A stretch of DNA of 63,241 bases, counting the filler, from Perkinsus chesapeaki ATCC PRA-425 (Eukaryota > Protista > Perkinsozoa): assembly GCA_013115145.1 (NCBI GenBank). It is 6 parts of 6 records of this genome, joined end to end, with 100 filler letters (N's around TTAATTAATTAA, not from the genome) between each part and the next. Parts side by side here need not be neighbours in the genome. Positions count along the whole stretch, not along the records: positions 1 to 21,554 come from JAAPAO010000593.1; 5 more parts are not named here. One strand, given 5' to 3'. A model generated the notes under the pieces. The model was given only the letters and a program-made list of their open reading frames with translations. It did no database searches and had not been told where the DNA came from. Below, in pieces: positions 1 through 13,900 of the stretch (position 1 is its first letter; every line of letters begins with the position of its first letter). The position numbers and the translations under genes are program-made.

Positions 1-595
1 CACCGGCTCTGTGAACCCGGGCAGACTCAAACACCCCAAAGCTCCGAGCAGAACCGAGCCGTCCAAGATTTTGTCTATTGCGCCGAGTAACGTTTAAAAG
101 TAAAATCCGTATTATGGTTCTCAAGCAATAGGATAGCCTCGCGCAATAACCAGACTAAATGTTGGATAAGGAACCAACAGTGACAAAGGTCAATTCGCCG
201 GCAAGAACGAATGCTCACAAAACAAAAGGACCAATCCAAAACCTTCGCAAAGGTTCAATGATTGGAGTCGTCCAGTCGACGTTTCAAATAGGAGGAAGAT
301 ACCATGTGAAGTCTGGAATAACCTATATTTCAGAAAACAGCATAATCAATCAAGACTCAATATTGTTTGATTCAATCGAACCGATCAGCCTACGCGATCC
401 ACTAGCGGGTCCCGGCGGCGATTTGGCAACTAACACCGTGGAAATTTTTCCTTGAACTCCTCGCTTGAACTACTCAAAACGCAACACCCTGTCAGTCACC
501 ACTCACATTCACGTTGTCATTGCCGCGAAGCTTGCTCAACTTATCCTAAACCTAGCTATGGCGGTAATGTGTAAAAAGATACTATTTATTCTTAA

Positions 596-1531
596 CTACG
601 TATAAATGACTTTCTTAACCTCATCGTACATAACAAGAACTAAAGCGGCACCAGCGCCACGAAGTACATTAGAGAAGGCACCCTTGAAGAAGCCGTTGAT
701 GCCTTCCTGCTGATATACCTTTTTCCAGCAGTCGATGGTGCCGGTGTACTGTATAGCGTCACCACCCTTACGACCAGCCATCATCATCATTCGTCTACGG
801 ACGGTATCGAAGGGATAGGAGACAACACCAGAAGCTGCGGTTACAGTTTGAGCAACCATCCACTTGTAGAGGAGATTGGCCTTCTTTTCATCCTCGAAGA
901 GAGCCCCCTTAGCGGAGTCGTAGAGACCGAAGTAAGCACCACGATAGACGATGATACCTTGTACGGAGACACCAAAGCCTTGATACAACGAACCGAAGCC
1001 GGTGCGGCTGGCAGTCTTGGACAAGCAGTTCCAAAGGCCAGTGAACTCCCTATCGGCACCCTTACCAACATCCGCGGCCAAACGAGTTCTTGCGAAATCG
1101 AGCGGGTAGACAATACACAGAGAAGCGGCACCAGCCATACCACCCGACGCAAGATTAGTGGCGAAGAAAGACCAGAATTCGGTCTTGGGGTCGTACTTGG
1201 GGAACATCCGCTTGAAGGTGTCCTTAAAGGCGAAGTTGAAGGCTTGTGTGGGGAAGTAACGGATAACATTAGCCATGTTACCACGCCATAGAGTCCAGAA
1301 ACCTTGCTCGCTGGCTACACGGCTGAAACAGTTGACGATACCAGTGTAGCGAGCGACCTTGCCAGATTGGATATCAGGATTGGAGTCCTGGGTTTGGAGG
1401 AGCATCTTTACGCGCTCAATGGGGGCGACGAGGGTCTTAGAAATACCAGCAGCCGTTCCTCCAGCAGCCCAGTCAACCAAGATGGGATACTTGTTCACAA
1501 AGGAGTCCGCAGATTGCTTGTTGGACGCCAT
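596..1531 (-). CDS. ANT: Mitochondrial ADP/ATP carrier (adenine nucleotide translocase), intronless
   Basis: 311-aa ORF with carrier motifs ([31 protein letters not shown] containing the RRRMMM ADP/ATP-carrier signature) and [20 protein letters not shown]. Confidence 0.97.
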   Translation of the reverse strand: MASNKQSADSFVNKYPILVDWAAGGTAAGISKTLVAPIERVKMLLQTQDSNPDIQSGKVARYTGIVNCFSRVASEQGFWTLWRGNMANVIRYFPTQAFNFAFKDTFKRMFPKYDPKTEFWSFFATNLASGGMAGAASLCIVYPLDFARTRLAADVGKGADREFTGLWNCLSKTASRTGFGSLYQGFGVSVQGIIVYRGAYFGLYDSAKGALFEDEKKANLLYKWMVAQTVTAASGVVSYPFDTVRRRMMMMAGRKGGDAIQYTGTIDCWKKVYQQEGINGFFKGAFSNVLRGAGAALVLVMYDEVKKVIYT

Positions 1532-1982
1532 GGTTCAACAATAACCTAAAGATGGTATATCCAACGATCCTAAGATATTCTGAGCAAGAGCAATCAGCAG
1601 ACCACCAATGAGCTAGTCAACAGCGCGCGTCCCATACAGTTTCATAAATATCTTTTTGAACCACTCACCGCTCGCCCCATAACGCACTCGAAAGAATTAT
1701 CAAACCGGCTCTGCTAGCGGCAGAACTGCGGGACCAATTACGTAAAGCTACAATATGTTACAAACTTCGAGTCCGGAACCTCCGGGTCATCTTGAACTGG
1801 AGAATTCAGTCTGACTAGCATCTTCATGCCCGCCCGGTGAGATACGTTCTCCCTGCAGTGGGGTACACGGATTTCCACTACTTAGTGCAGTAAGGAAAAC
1901 GTTCCCCAAACTTCCCCGCGCAATTGACAACTCGAGCCAATGAACTTCAACAACAATTTGACATACTAAACATGCCAGAGAA

Positions 1983-4900
1983 TCACGTCTTGAGCGCCAG
2001 GAAACCGGCGACTCCTGCCCTCACCCAAATGTCTTCATCACGATCGCTCGGTATATCGATGTAAAGCACGAAGTTCGTCGAATGCCCTGTAGTCAGGAGC
2101 GTGCCTCGTCGGCTAACCACCTTGTATATAGGGCACTGGTAGATGCCAGCCGGTTGCTCTCGATCAACCATCGGCAAGAAGTGGATGGGAGGCAGCTCGC
2201 AGAAAAGCTCCTTGGGCAAGGATTCGGCTAAGATGTGAGCTGAAGCACTATGATACTCTCACGCTGAATTAGACGATAAATCTCACCTGTGGGGTCCCAG
2301 CGACAACCTTCGAGGAAGATACCGTAAACGTAGACGCCTTCGGAAGCTCGTTCCTAATGAGACAGAGACTCGGGGATGAACTGCAAGCGGCCCAAGGAGA
2401 CTCGAGGCAGCAGTCTCTGGCGCGCGCGAACGTTATAGAACTCACGGTGATCTGGCCAACTTCACGGTCATCAAGGATAGCGAAGTCGAACGCAAGTCTA
2501 TCGATAGCGACCTTCTTGGCTCGCGAGAAGTTCTGAACAGAGAGCAACTGCAAAGCACCGATTGGTGAGAGAACAACCTACTTGAAGCGTTCCAGTAAGG
2601 AAGGCTTGAGGGAAGAAAAGACCGCTGATCCAGAACGCCGGCGGAACGCCGTTTTCCACCCACTTGGCCATGAAAGACACTCGATCCATAAGATCAGACA
2701 ACCTGTAAAAAAGCTGGACGCTGGAGCGTGTAAAAGGCTTACCAAGAGCTCAAAGGCTTGAGGGAAAGAAAGCCTTTGTCGGACCAGGATTCGGGTACTT
2801 GGTTGGTGAGGAAGGCATTCCCCATCTGATGAAGGAAAAGTCAAAGCGAACACCAGATGAGAAGGCCCACCTTCTCAAGCGAGTCGCTCATGACTACAAA
2901 GCCCTTGAGAGCCTTCTGGAACTCGGGAACTGTGGATCTGATCTCCTTCAGCAGACGGTTGTATCGGAGGACCTGCAAAATTGAAACAAGATAAGCCGAG
3001 TACGGGAAAAAAGATACGGAAATTGCGATGTTCACAAAAGGTGAGGTATAGAAGCCTGTAAGAGTCTTGCACACGAGGATGCACTCAACAAAGGGTACAT
3101 AGGAGAACCGGTTCAGGAAACAAATAATGAGAATAATAAAGATGAAATATAATGATGAAGTGATACACCGAACTTGTCTATTATAGACAACCCTGGTAAC
3201 GTTACCTCCTGTCTCAGCACAGTGTTCATACTTTCCTCATATAAAGGAGGATAGGCTTCCTCTACAGCCAACATGTCAAACAGTGGTGGCACCTAAAGAC
3301 TACTGTACAACTCCATCCCATGGGAGCTAATAGGCACCTTGCTGAGGACCCCTTCAGCGACTTCGTTCATAAGGTCAGCGGCCGACTGTCCGCCGGCTCC
3401 GCTGCCAGTCTGCGGCGCCATTGACAAGATACCTGAACACCACCGAGTTCACCGCTCTGCCACGAAATGCATCTCACCAGCTAGGAGCTCGTTCGATTCC
3501 TGCTTGGCGAACGCGATGCTGCAATTTTCATGCATTCCGAAGACCTAAAAACCAATCACATGCTTTTTGACTTAAGTACCGGCCTACCTCTGGAGAGGGC
3601 TCCAATGGCAGTGATTTGATGTATTCCATGAACTGGGACTGTGTGCTGCCATCCGGGCAATAATAGAGTCCGGACGATGAGTACCTGATGGAACAATAGT
3701 GCCTGAATGCTGCATGATGAATATATTTAACTGATACTCAAATTTGTCCACCTCCCCGTCTATTAAGCCAATTCTGGGATTCGGAATCGATTCCAGCTGC
3801 ATCGCATTTCACGTGTAAAAAGCAGTTCTAGAATTCGATTCTCAACTTCAGGATCGGTTTATCGAATGACCCCGAACGAAGGATCGTTTAAAGGCATCGC
3901 ACACCACCATGGTGTCACCACGGCGCGAAATTTCCTCGAAATTTCGGCCTTCCAAATACGCGTGGATTTTAACAATTAAACCACAACTAAAAATCGGCCT
4001 CACTTGTATCCTCCTGAGCCTCGCTTCTCCACAACATCAGAGCAGATGAATGTCTTGAGTATACAACCAATAAGCCTCTTGTCCTTGTCATCTGTCACTC
4101 TACCACCATAATTGATAGCTGCTCCAAGGTAGTTCAGGACCTTGTACGGGATCTCATCGTAGTCGTCAATAAAGTGCTTCAATTGCCGACGGCAAACCAT
4201 CAAATCTTCCATGGTAAACCCGTACGGTATGTTCCATCCAATGGGACCGAACTTCCTCCTTTCTTGTACAACAGCGTGGAAGAAACAGAAGCCAAACAAC
4301 AGCGGTTGGAACGCGGCCGGCTTCGAGCAATCCGCCAGAGTTTTATCATCCAGGCCGGCGTAGCTTCTCAGAAGGTTCGCCCGGAGGCCCTTCGGTGGCT
4401 CGTTGGTCATCTTCACGCCGTTCTGCAACAGCAACGGTGGGAACGCCTTGCTCGGCATGGATGTCAACCACAGTCTGAAGCTCGCGTGCACTTCTTCTCC
4501 CGTGAGCTGCTCACAAATGCGCTCCAACTGGGGCATCCAGCTGATTGCCAAATGGCAGTTTTGCAGCAAGACCCAGCCCCCCGACTTGGTCGATAGCTCG
4601 ATCATTCTCGACGCCTTCGGACCCTGCCCCTGACCGAGCGAAATGCTCTCAAGTCTATTTGCCATCTTCTTTTCCTCGGCAAATGTAAGCATGTCGGCCA
4701 CTGGATCGGATCCGGCGGACAGAACGAAGATCAATGGCGTGAGGCAAGTGGAGTCGCCGTAGGAGAGCGCAATGTCGAACGTTGGGGGCTCAACGAACTT
4801 CCTGCCGAGCTTCACCGTCACGTACTCCACCACAGCGTTGGTTATCTTCTCCGGCCGAATGGTGCGCAAAACCAGCATCTTTTGGAGGGGATCAAGCGTC

Positions 4901-7900
4901 TCGTTTAGATCCGCGGGCAGAGGACATTTGTGAGCTTCGGGATCGTCGTAGATTTTCTGAGGGAGAATGCGTAAGGTGGAAATACGAGAAGATATTTGCA
5001 TACCCGGAAGGAGTCGATATGGGATGCAACTTTCTCGGCGAAGCCTTGGAAAGCGGGCAGACTAGCAAGTGTGAGGATCTCGTTCCATTCGGTCGGGCCG
5101 ATCCTGAGGAGACAGGTTGCAAAAGCGAGAAGCGGTGGAGTTAGTCTACCAATCAGCAGGGGGTTCGTCAGGGCCGTCGGCCTTACCGCGAGGACCGGTT
5201 AGTAGGAAGCCCAGCTCGGCTTCATCTAAAATGGGAATACAATGTTAGGTATAAATGTAATGAGGAAGAGGAAGCATAAAAATAATATATAAATGAGGTG
5301 GCATAGAACAAGATATTCAGAACGCTTTTAGCAGGTAGCCCTACCAATCTCATTGTTCCCTTGAAGAATCTTCAAACAAAGCGAGAAGGAAAACAACAGC
5401 TTGTGGGCCTCGAACAGAGCACGACAAACGTTCTGGTAAACCAGATACGTCAAGTAGTCGTTGAGGATACCAAGCCGCTCGCTGAGAACCTGTGAAGCGG
5501 ATCTGCGAACAGTCCAACGCTCCAGCCGACCTACCTCGCTCTTAGGTGCGTTGTCGATTCCCATACTGAGCAGATTCTGGTACCACTGCAGCGAGAACTG
5601 GTACATAGGGTCGATGGTGATGAGCTCCACAATACAGAAGAACATGATGCTAGATCGGAAGGCGACTGGATGGTAGGATGTTCGAGCCTCGTCGATCTCC
5701 TTCTCTGTTACCTGAGTAAGTGCCAGAAGATTCACCGCTCAAAGACGACCTTTCTAGCGCGAGTCCGTCTGGCCGGAAAAATGTCTATAAAAAGCATCGA
5801 GGGACATAATATACGATTTCCCCTCGGTGAGGGACCGCATTAGAAGGCAATAAATATGTTATAAATTCGCCCAGCGATGAAACAGCCTCCTCTTCTCACC
5901 TTCGCCTCTTCGACCTTAGCGTTGATCACCGCACTAGTCTCCTTGCTGACAGCCAGCGTGTTAATAAGTGTCTCATCTTCCAGGATATCCCCTTCACTAG
6001 ATGCCAACAATCTCAAGATCTCATCCTCTATAGTCTTCAACTGCTTCGCCATATCAGCATTGTCCTTCAACAACTTCGCCTTCTTTTCCTCCAATTCCGG
6101 CGCCTCCTTCGCCACAACAATGCCAAGCATCTGGTCCACCAAGCCGTCCATGGTAATGGCGAAGTTCAACAGAGTGACCTTCACCGATGTTTCTGGCGAG
6201 TAGTGTGGATTCGGCAAAGTCGTCGTGATGAAAAATCTGAATGTATCCATATAAGTGACGGTCTTGTCTCCGAGCTTCATCACGTAACCGGAACCGTCTC
6301 TAATTTTCTGCTGCAACAGAATCGGCTCCAGCGCCGGGTCGAGCTCCTCGCCGACATTCTCAAGAAGTATCCACTTGCCAAACTGAATGCCGAGCTCGAG
6401 CGTGCGGAGGAAATTCGGATCACTGAGTTTGCAGGTTTCAATGCCGGCCTCGCTTTGCTGCTTCCCGAGGTTCTTGATGAACTTATTCGCTTGTCGTTGC
6501 GGATCGATCATCAACGGCCATCTACTGCTGCTGTCGATTATGATGGCGTTCTCAACAGAGAGGTTGTCCTGTGGAAGGCTGCAGACGACCCACTGCTGGA
6601 TCTTCACAGGCTCCCCCAAAACCTGACCGGAAAACTCAGTCCTTTCAAATTCTCATACAAAAATGATCGGTCGAACCAAAAAGGTATGATCACAAGTGTT
6701 GAAGACCTTCTAAAATTTGGTGAATTTTCACAAAGTCCTGCCGCATTTTTGCAAACAATATAAATTTAGTTACGATGACGACTCGGCGAGAAGTTTGAAT
6801 GCTCGAATGGAATCCGCTGAACGGAGGAAGGCCGAGAGATCTTCCTTTCATCGGAATTAGATTCTACCACTAGGTAATGCTCTCAACCAAGAGCAACCAA
6901 GACTAACAATCTTATTATTGCGAGAAGTTGGATCTTTCGATACAACTTGGAGTAATTATTGCTCTCAGCTTGAGCGGGTGAGACTTTCCGGCATGGGATC
7001 TATCAGGGCAACTCAGACCTACATCAAGCATGCGGCAGCCAGGAGAGTGATCTACTCCTTCCTTATCGCAGGTCTCCATCCATCTGAAAGAAAAGAAGGC
7101 CATTGAAAAAAGTTGACGATAAAAGACGATAAATGATAGAAAAGGGGTCATTAAAGGACATCAAAGGACATTGAAGGACGCTAAAGGACATTAAAGGACA
7201 TTGAGAGACACTAACGAAGATGCTAGGAAATCCATCGACTTTTCAGCAGTAGTATTCCAAACCGAAAGCTTTGAAGGTCGGCAACTTTCGTTCGGCTAAT
7301 ATTGCAACTCCAACTGCCGCAAGATTCCCCTTCGCCAATGCATACCGCTTTCAAACGAGAGATGGGATACCACATTTGGTATCAGACTGATGATCCACCA
7401 ATTGAACCACCGTGACCTACTCTTTTTCGAATCCAGTCCTGTACGACGCCACAAACGGTCCGGCATATGATACCATACCAGCAGCGACCAGAGCATCTCC
7501 AGGCAGCAGCTCGTACCTACCAATACCCAGTTTCGAGGAAACCGGACGAGATTAGTCACTTTTCACTGAGGCTCTTCACGTTGCTCGTCCATCGATCCTT
7601 CTCTCCACCAAGACCGCCGATCAGCTTGTTGGCTCTCTCCAGTTTAACCTGTCCGCGCGACTTCAACCGTTGCCGGCAAGGACCATCCTACCGCGCACTG
7701 CTCCATATCGTGCTTCAGCTGCTCTTGCTTGGCAACTGCCTCGTTATAGTCCTTTTCCAGCTTTTCTAGCTTCTCCTCAACGCCTATTAAAAACCGTCTC
7801 AAGGTGATCCTCCAGCATCCTCCTACTTCGAAGCTCGGCCCTTGCTGCGTTCAACTTAGCCATTGTAACACTGAGCTCTTCCTCAGCGGCTTTGAGTTTT

Positions 7901-10900
7901 TGCCGTTTTGGTTCGACACTCCTTGCCACATGATGGTACTTGAACATTGCTCTTGCCCACATACAGAGAGCCTGCAAGAGAGGAAAACGGGTGCCATCCC
8001 ATAAGACTGCCAACAGCACCAGCTGACCAAACTTCGATCTGTTTGACAGGAAATAGAATCTCGCATTCCTTTGATCATCAAACAGGGATACGGAGTTACA
8101 TTTCTTTACCTTACTTTTGCACCCCACAGAACGTCATAAGCTATATAGCGAGTGAACAGCAATTTCCAGCAACCCAGATAAGTCTCACCTCGCAAGCCAC
8201 CGATGCTTTCTTGATCGCAGCCGGATCGAAATCCTCCCTACCGATGTACGGCTCGATGTTAGAGATAACCTGCCAAACCTTCACAGTTGTCCACCATTCC
8301 ACCGGAACTTGCCTTCTCTGGAATGTTGTCTTTATCATACGCGAATAGCTTCTCCAGCAGCCCCTTAGGGTCGCTGAGAACCTGGCTCTTGGCGCTCTCC
8401 CAGTAGTCCGGGATTTTCTTGCCGGGCTTCTCAGGGTCGTTCTTCATAGTCGGTTTGACCTGAAGTATAAGAACGCTTTTACCAGGGATCGAACCTACGC
8501 CTACCTCGAACATAATGCAGATAGCCTCCAATGTGAGCTTGACGCCACCTGGTGGATTTGCCAAGGCCTTTACCTACGAAAGGACACTCTAAGATCCCCA
8601 ACTATTCAGAAGGAATGTGGTTGGAAAACAGACTGATGCCCGTTTTTTCGCTTTTTCTATCAGAATTTCGTGCACATCTCTGCAGCACTTCTCGAGCATT
8701 ATAACACATTTGCAGGGATCCAGAGATATCGCTGCAAATGTTGCACCCTCAGCTGATGCATGCATACCGAGGCTCGGCTACCTCTTGAATATGGCTCAGC
8801 TTGAGGTTCTTCAAGCACTGCACCGCAACCTCCAATGCCGGTAAGGCTTCATCGAGATCCTTCTGAGCATCATCCTTGATTTCCTGGGCCACTGCAGCTT
8901 GAGCCGTCGCCTCTTCCTCCTGAAGTTCGAGAAGGATATTTTTTCGTTAAAAAATCTTCCCAAGACATCGCCAAATTTTCTGAAATTTCAACTTTTCTCT
9001 ACATAATAGTAGTGCAAAACTTGAACCTTCTGTCAGCCAAGACTGCCGCTTCCAAGTAAATCATTTCCCCGCCAGCCCCCAGATTTGGGTTTTTGTTGAC
9101 CAACTATCGCCTTCGCCCACACCAACCTGCTTTGCAACAGCTTCCTTAGTGACGGCCGCCTTTGCCTTATCCTCAGTGATAACAATCATCATCTCTGCCA
9201 CCTACAACTAAGTCTATTACAGCGATCACAACGGCACCACCTACCTCCTTGGAAGTCTTCTCCAGCACCGGTTGCATCGCCACCAGTTCCGTTTCCATCA
9301 CAGCGACCTGAGAAAAAATAAACGGAATTCCGAAATTTCGGTATTTCCCGTACGGCTTGGCCGGCCTCGCTGAGCTTGTCCAATCCACTCTGAAAGCGCT
9401 GCCGTAAGGTCTCTACCTCGAGTCTTTTATCACGAAGAATCTGTGCGTTGAGGAAATGCAAGATTTACCAAGACAGCAAGTTCCTTGCCTTCTTGAAGTT
9501 GGAAATGAGCGTAAGGTAGCTGGTAGGTGTGACGTAGCAGTGTCGCTTCAACTCGGCAAGGAACCGGAGCCTGGCGGCTTCGACGCTCTGGTGGATGACG
9601 CGGAAGGTGGTCAAGACCCCCTCTGCGTTGGGCAGTTTGGTGTCCTAAACACGGCTTAAATCAGCGATGATGAGAAAGTATTACGTCGGCGAGGAGCTGT
9701 TGTTTAGCCACATTATAGAGGGCGTCTGCGGGCCATTCGGCAAACCAGTCAATTGTACAGCAGTTAACCAGAGACGGGAACATACGTAGTCTAGTACGGA
9801 AAGCGTCGCCCACAGGAGAGAAAGCCAGCACCTACAAAATAGGCACAGGTTCGAATCCCAGCAGCGGCACTTCAGGCACTTACCACATGGATATTTCGTT
9901 TGACTCTATTGAGGTATGTATTGAACAGGTTGGTCTTGGTAGGCTGCAGGCCAGCCTGGCTGCATGCAGCGCGACAAGTCTGGCTGATGGCGTCCATGTC
10001 TTCCAGCTTGTACCTGTATAAGACAAAATCGACTGCAAAAAATTACGGAATTTTGCCTGTAAAAACGACGACAAATTTTAGTTTTGCTGGAAATTCTCCA
10101 CTCTTAAAGAAGCATGTGAAATAATGCAACAGCAAGGCAGATCCGAAACTTACAGATTCGGAACGTCGCCAGAGTTGAGGATGTTGTTGATCGCCTCGAC
10201 CATTTGCTCGTTGATAATTTGCGTGTCGCAAAACAGGAACACTTGCGACTTATCTTCGCAGCCGCTGACCAGTAAGCACTTCCGCAGGTCATCACGGAAT
10301 TCGTTCATACCATATCTGGGAAACAAATTGCATCGCTCCGCTAGAAACTGCGTACCCTTTTGCAACTTCAATTTGGAAACACTCAAAGTCGGAGATGAAG
10401 CTTGCCAGTCGAGACAAGCTCTGTCGACCGCTTCCGCCGACTCCGAGGAGCAAGGCGTTGCCGCTGGGCTGACGGATAACCCTGAAATGGAAAAATGCCG
10501 TCGGTCGGGATCGAACTCGCGCCCTTACCTGCATATCTTAGCTACATGCTCGCACGCGTTGAAGAACATAACCAGTGGCATTTGGTGGGTATTCGAGTTG
10601 TTGTAGTCTTCCAGGAATGTCTGGAAAATCGCGACTCCGAAAACGACAGCAAAATGCTTTCCGCGCACCTCCATCGCTGACTGTATTTTCGAGAGGTCTT
10701 CAATCTCTACGTAGAACTTATCGTCACCCGTAGAAAGGAAGTCTCCGAACACCAGCGCTGGTTTATCGTATACCTGTATCGAAAACACTACAAACGGTCA
10801 CATATTGACAACGTAAAAGTCGTTTGTTCAACAAATAGTTGAGGAACCAAAATACGCCAGGTCCAAGTCCAGAACTGCACCAGTTGAGTTTTCGAAAAAC

Positions 10901-13900
10901 GAGATTGGTAGTTTTTCGGTGTAGTTGAAACAAGACCACCCCAGGCGGCACGGTAATACGCCGATATTAAAGAAGAGGTAGAAAGCCATCGCCTACCGTG
11001 CGTGAGCGTTACCTCGTCTACAGTAGGACCGTTAAACATGGCAATTCGTTTCCGGCATTGCTCGGTGAACCAAGCCCGATCCTCATCATTAATAAGTCTG
11101 TCGCCGTAGACTCTTATATTCTCATGGCACCAGCACCGCACAACCACCACTGGCTCGCTCACCTTCTTAGGTGACAATGAGCAAATACCTGATCACAAGA
11201 TACGATGTAGTATAAGATAGGATGGACAAGGTGAATTAAGATAATGAGATGCAAGTGAGGATGTCTACACATGGTCGACTGCATGACCAGTAGTTAGTTA
11301 CTAGACAACACGTTCATGTGTCTAGAAAATCCCACTGGAAGTGAACTGAGTACGTCTGTTAGGTTTGTCTAACAACGGCGAATGGCGCCAGCGTTGGAAA
11401 ATAACAAGAGGGTGATCAGAGATCTCGATGGTGTTGCACACCGGCAACTACATGCGCCACGATCGAGCGTTTGGTTCACCTCTCATAAGGTTATAGAGAG
11501 CAACAATGAGACAAGACTGCATGTAGCAAAATCAACAATACGGATGCCTATTAGCACCAATTAATCGTTAAGACGAAATGTGTCAGCTCCCTACCCTGAA
11601 AAACTTTCCAAATATCTCTCAAGTTGAAAGTATAATGGCTCTTCGCGGGGGTCGGCAACAGCTCCTTGTGCACCGTCTGGAATATCTCGTACGCTCCGGC
11701 GACCAGTGGGTCCTTCAGACGTCGAACGGGCTCCTCGAAGCCGGCCAAGAAGTACTCAACGATCGTTTGGAAAATCCACTCCACCGAGGACCGCTGCATA
11801 TCAATTGCGCAGATCATATTGTGATGTCGCTTCAACCTCTCCGTGATGAACGTTCGTCCGCCGCCCGGCGGGCCCATCGCCGAGATATAGGTGGTATCGA
11901 TGATCTCCTGGAAAGTGAGCTCCTTTCTGTTATACCAGCCACCGTGGTCGTGCCATTGCCTTAGCAACTCGATAGGCGGCTGGGCGCCATAGTACTCCTT
12001 TTGGGGCATGTTCAAATCGTCCACGAAGATGACCAATTGCTTCCCCGCCGGCGGCCCGAACACTCCTCTACGGCGCTTCTCGGTTTTGGAGTCAAGGAGA
12101 TCTTGCAGCTGGTTCACTTGTGTTTGTGCCGAGAAATTGACAAAGACGCTTTGATAGGTGTCAGGCGCTTCCTTCTGGAGCCACTGCGCGGTGTGAATGC
12201 TCTTGCCAGTACCGGTGTTGCCGAATATGAGAACGTGGTTGCCCGCGGTGACCAGCTTGGCCATCACGTGGGTCAGTTGTATACTGTCGATGGTCGGCAC
12301 CACTATAGAATCGTATACGGCGTTTCGAGGGATCTTGAAGTGCGGCACGGTATCGAGCCACTTCGTCCACTTGTAGCCGGGGACTTGGCTCTCCTCCATT
12401 TCCACAGGCGCGCAGCACCTGAACAAAAATCGCCCAGACCGCAGCGGAGCGACGCGGAGCCCTACATCTCGTAAACACAGCCGCTCGTGTTCATCCTCAA
12501 GAGGGTTCTGTCGAAGCCAAGATTCTCGCCGTGCTCGATGAACCACTGGCTGACCTTCGGTCGACTGTCGGCCTCGCAAGCCGCGCCGATCGACCAAACC
12601 GCGCAGAACAGGAAGATATCTTGAAGGTGGTCAGATGCCAGCTTAACCACGTCCGCTTGGGTGATTTTGCGGCCTTCTTTGGGTTCATACTTCTCGAAGT
12701 AGCAATCCATGAGGCGGAAGAACGAACACAGGAGATTGTTGTCGACGGTACCTAAACCACGGCATGCTAGCCTAACGGTAGAGCATGCGACTAGTATTCC
12801 AAAGGTCGCGCGCTCGATCCTCTCACTTGCTATTTCCTTCGTATTCCTCCTAATAAATGTTATCGCAGGCAAACAGAACTCCGTCGTCCACTTGTGCAGG
12901 TGCTGTCTAATATCATCCGTGAAGTTACTCGGCAATCTCTCGATCCACGATTTCACCAACGGCTCCAAGCCGAGAGCTGTGGGCTCCATAAACACCATAC
13001 CGCATCGACTCACAGTAGCCGGGGAGGCCACCGCAAGGTCCTCAACTTCGAAGATCATTCGGACCTCCGGCGTCAGCGCTATGATCTCCCCGCTGGTCAG
13101 ACAGAGCTTCTTGTTGTCATCGAGGACAGTATTCATCGACTCGATCCACAAGGCATCGACAGGACCATCGAAAATGACCCATTGGTTGTCCGAGCTGCCG
13201 GCCTTGTTGTCGCTGACCGCGCGCCTCAAAAGCTCAGAGGCAATGCCGTCGCTCCATTCGTGAGTCACTTCATCGAATGCACCATAAAGCTGCGCCTGTG
13301 TGATAGCCTTCGGGTTCAGCACGTGCGTCTGGACGCACTCGTAGCCACCATCACCGTCCTTCTTCAGCTTCGTCATCGTTTGCTTCAACATTCGATAATT
13401 GGTAGTCTTTCCGGCACCAGTCGGACCAACAAGCATCATACCGTGGCGAACCTTCAGTGTGTCCAACAACTGGACGACCTTCACCACAAACCATTCCGTG
13501 CCTTGCACATTGTTTTTCTCAAAGATCTCCTCGAGCGCACCAGAAAGATTTCCATAGTCGACCTTGGGCCGCTCCGTGGTGGGAAAAAGATCAGAAATGA
13601 TGTTTTCAAACAGAGGCAGGTCGTCCTGTAGGAACTTCGGCACGTTGACGTCCCGTAGAGCTCGCAGGACTATCTGGTCTTCACCGAGCTGATCACCGAG
13701 GGTTCGCTTCAGCAGTCCACAAGCGTCGATCGTAGACTTCACCGCTCTCATACCGTAATCATAGTGATCTTGCGCCGACAACTGACATGTCAGAATAAAC
13801 TCGACAGCGTTGCAGCGCGCCGACTCACCTGTTCGCTCGAGAGCTTGAAGGTTCCGACCATTTTCCTGGCGTATCCTCGAGCGGCTTCAAAGCCGTAGGC

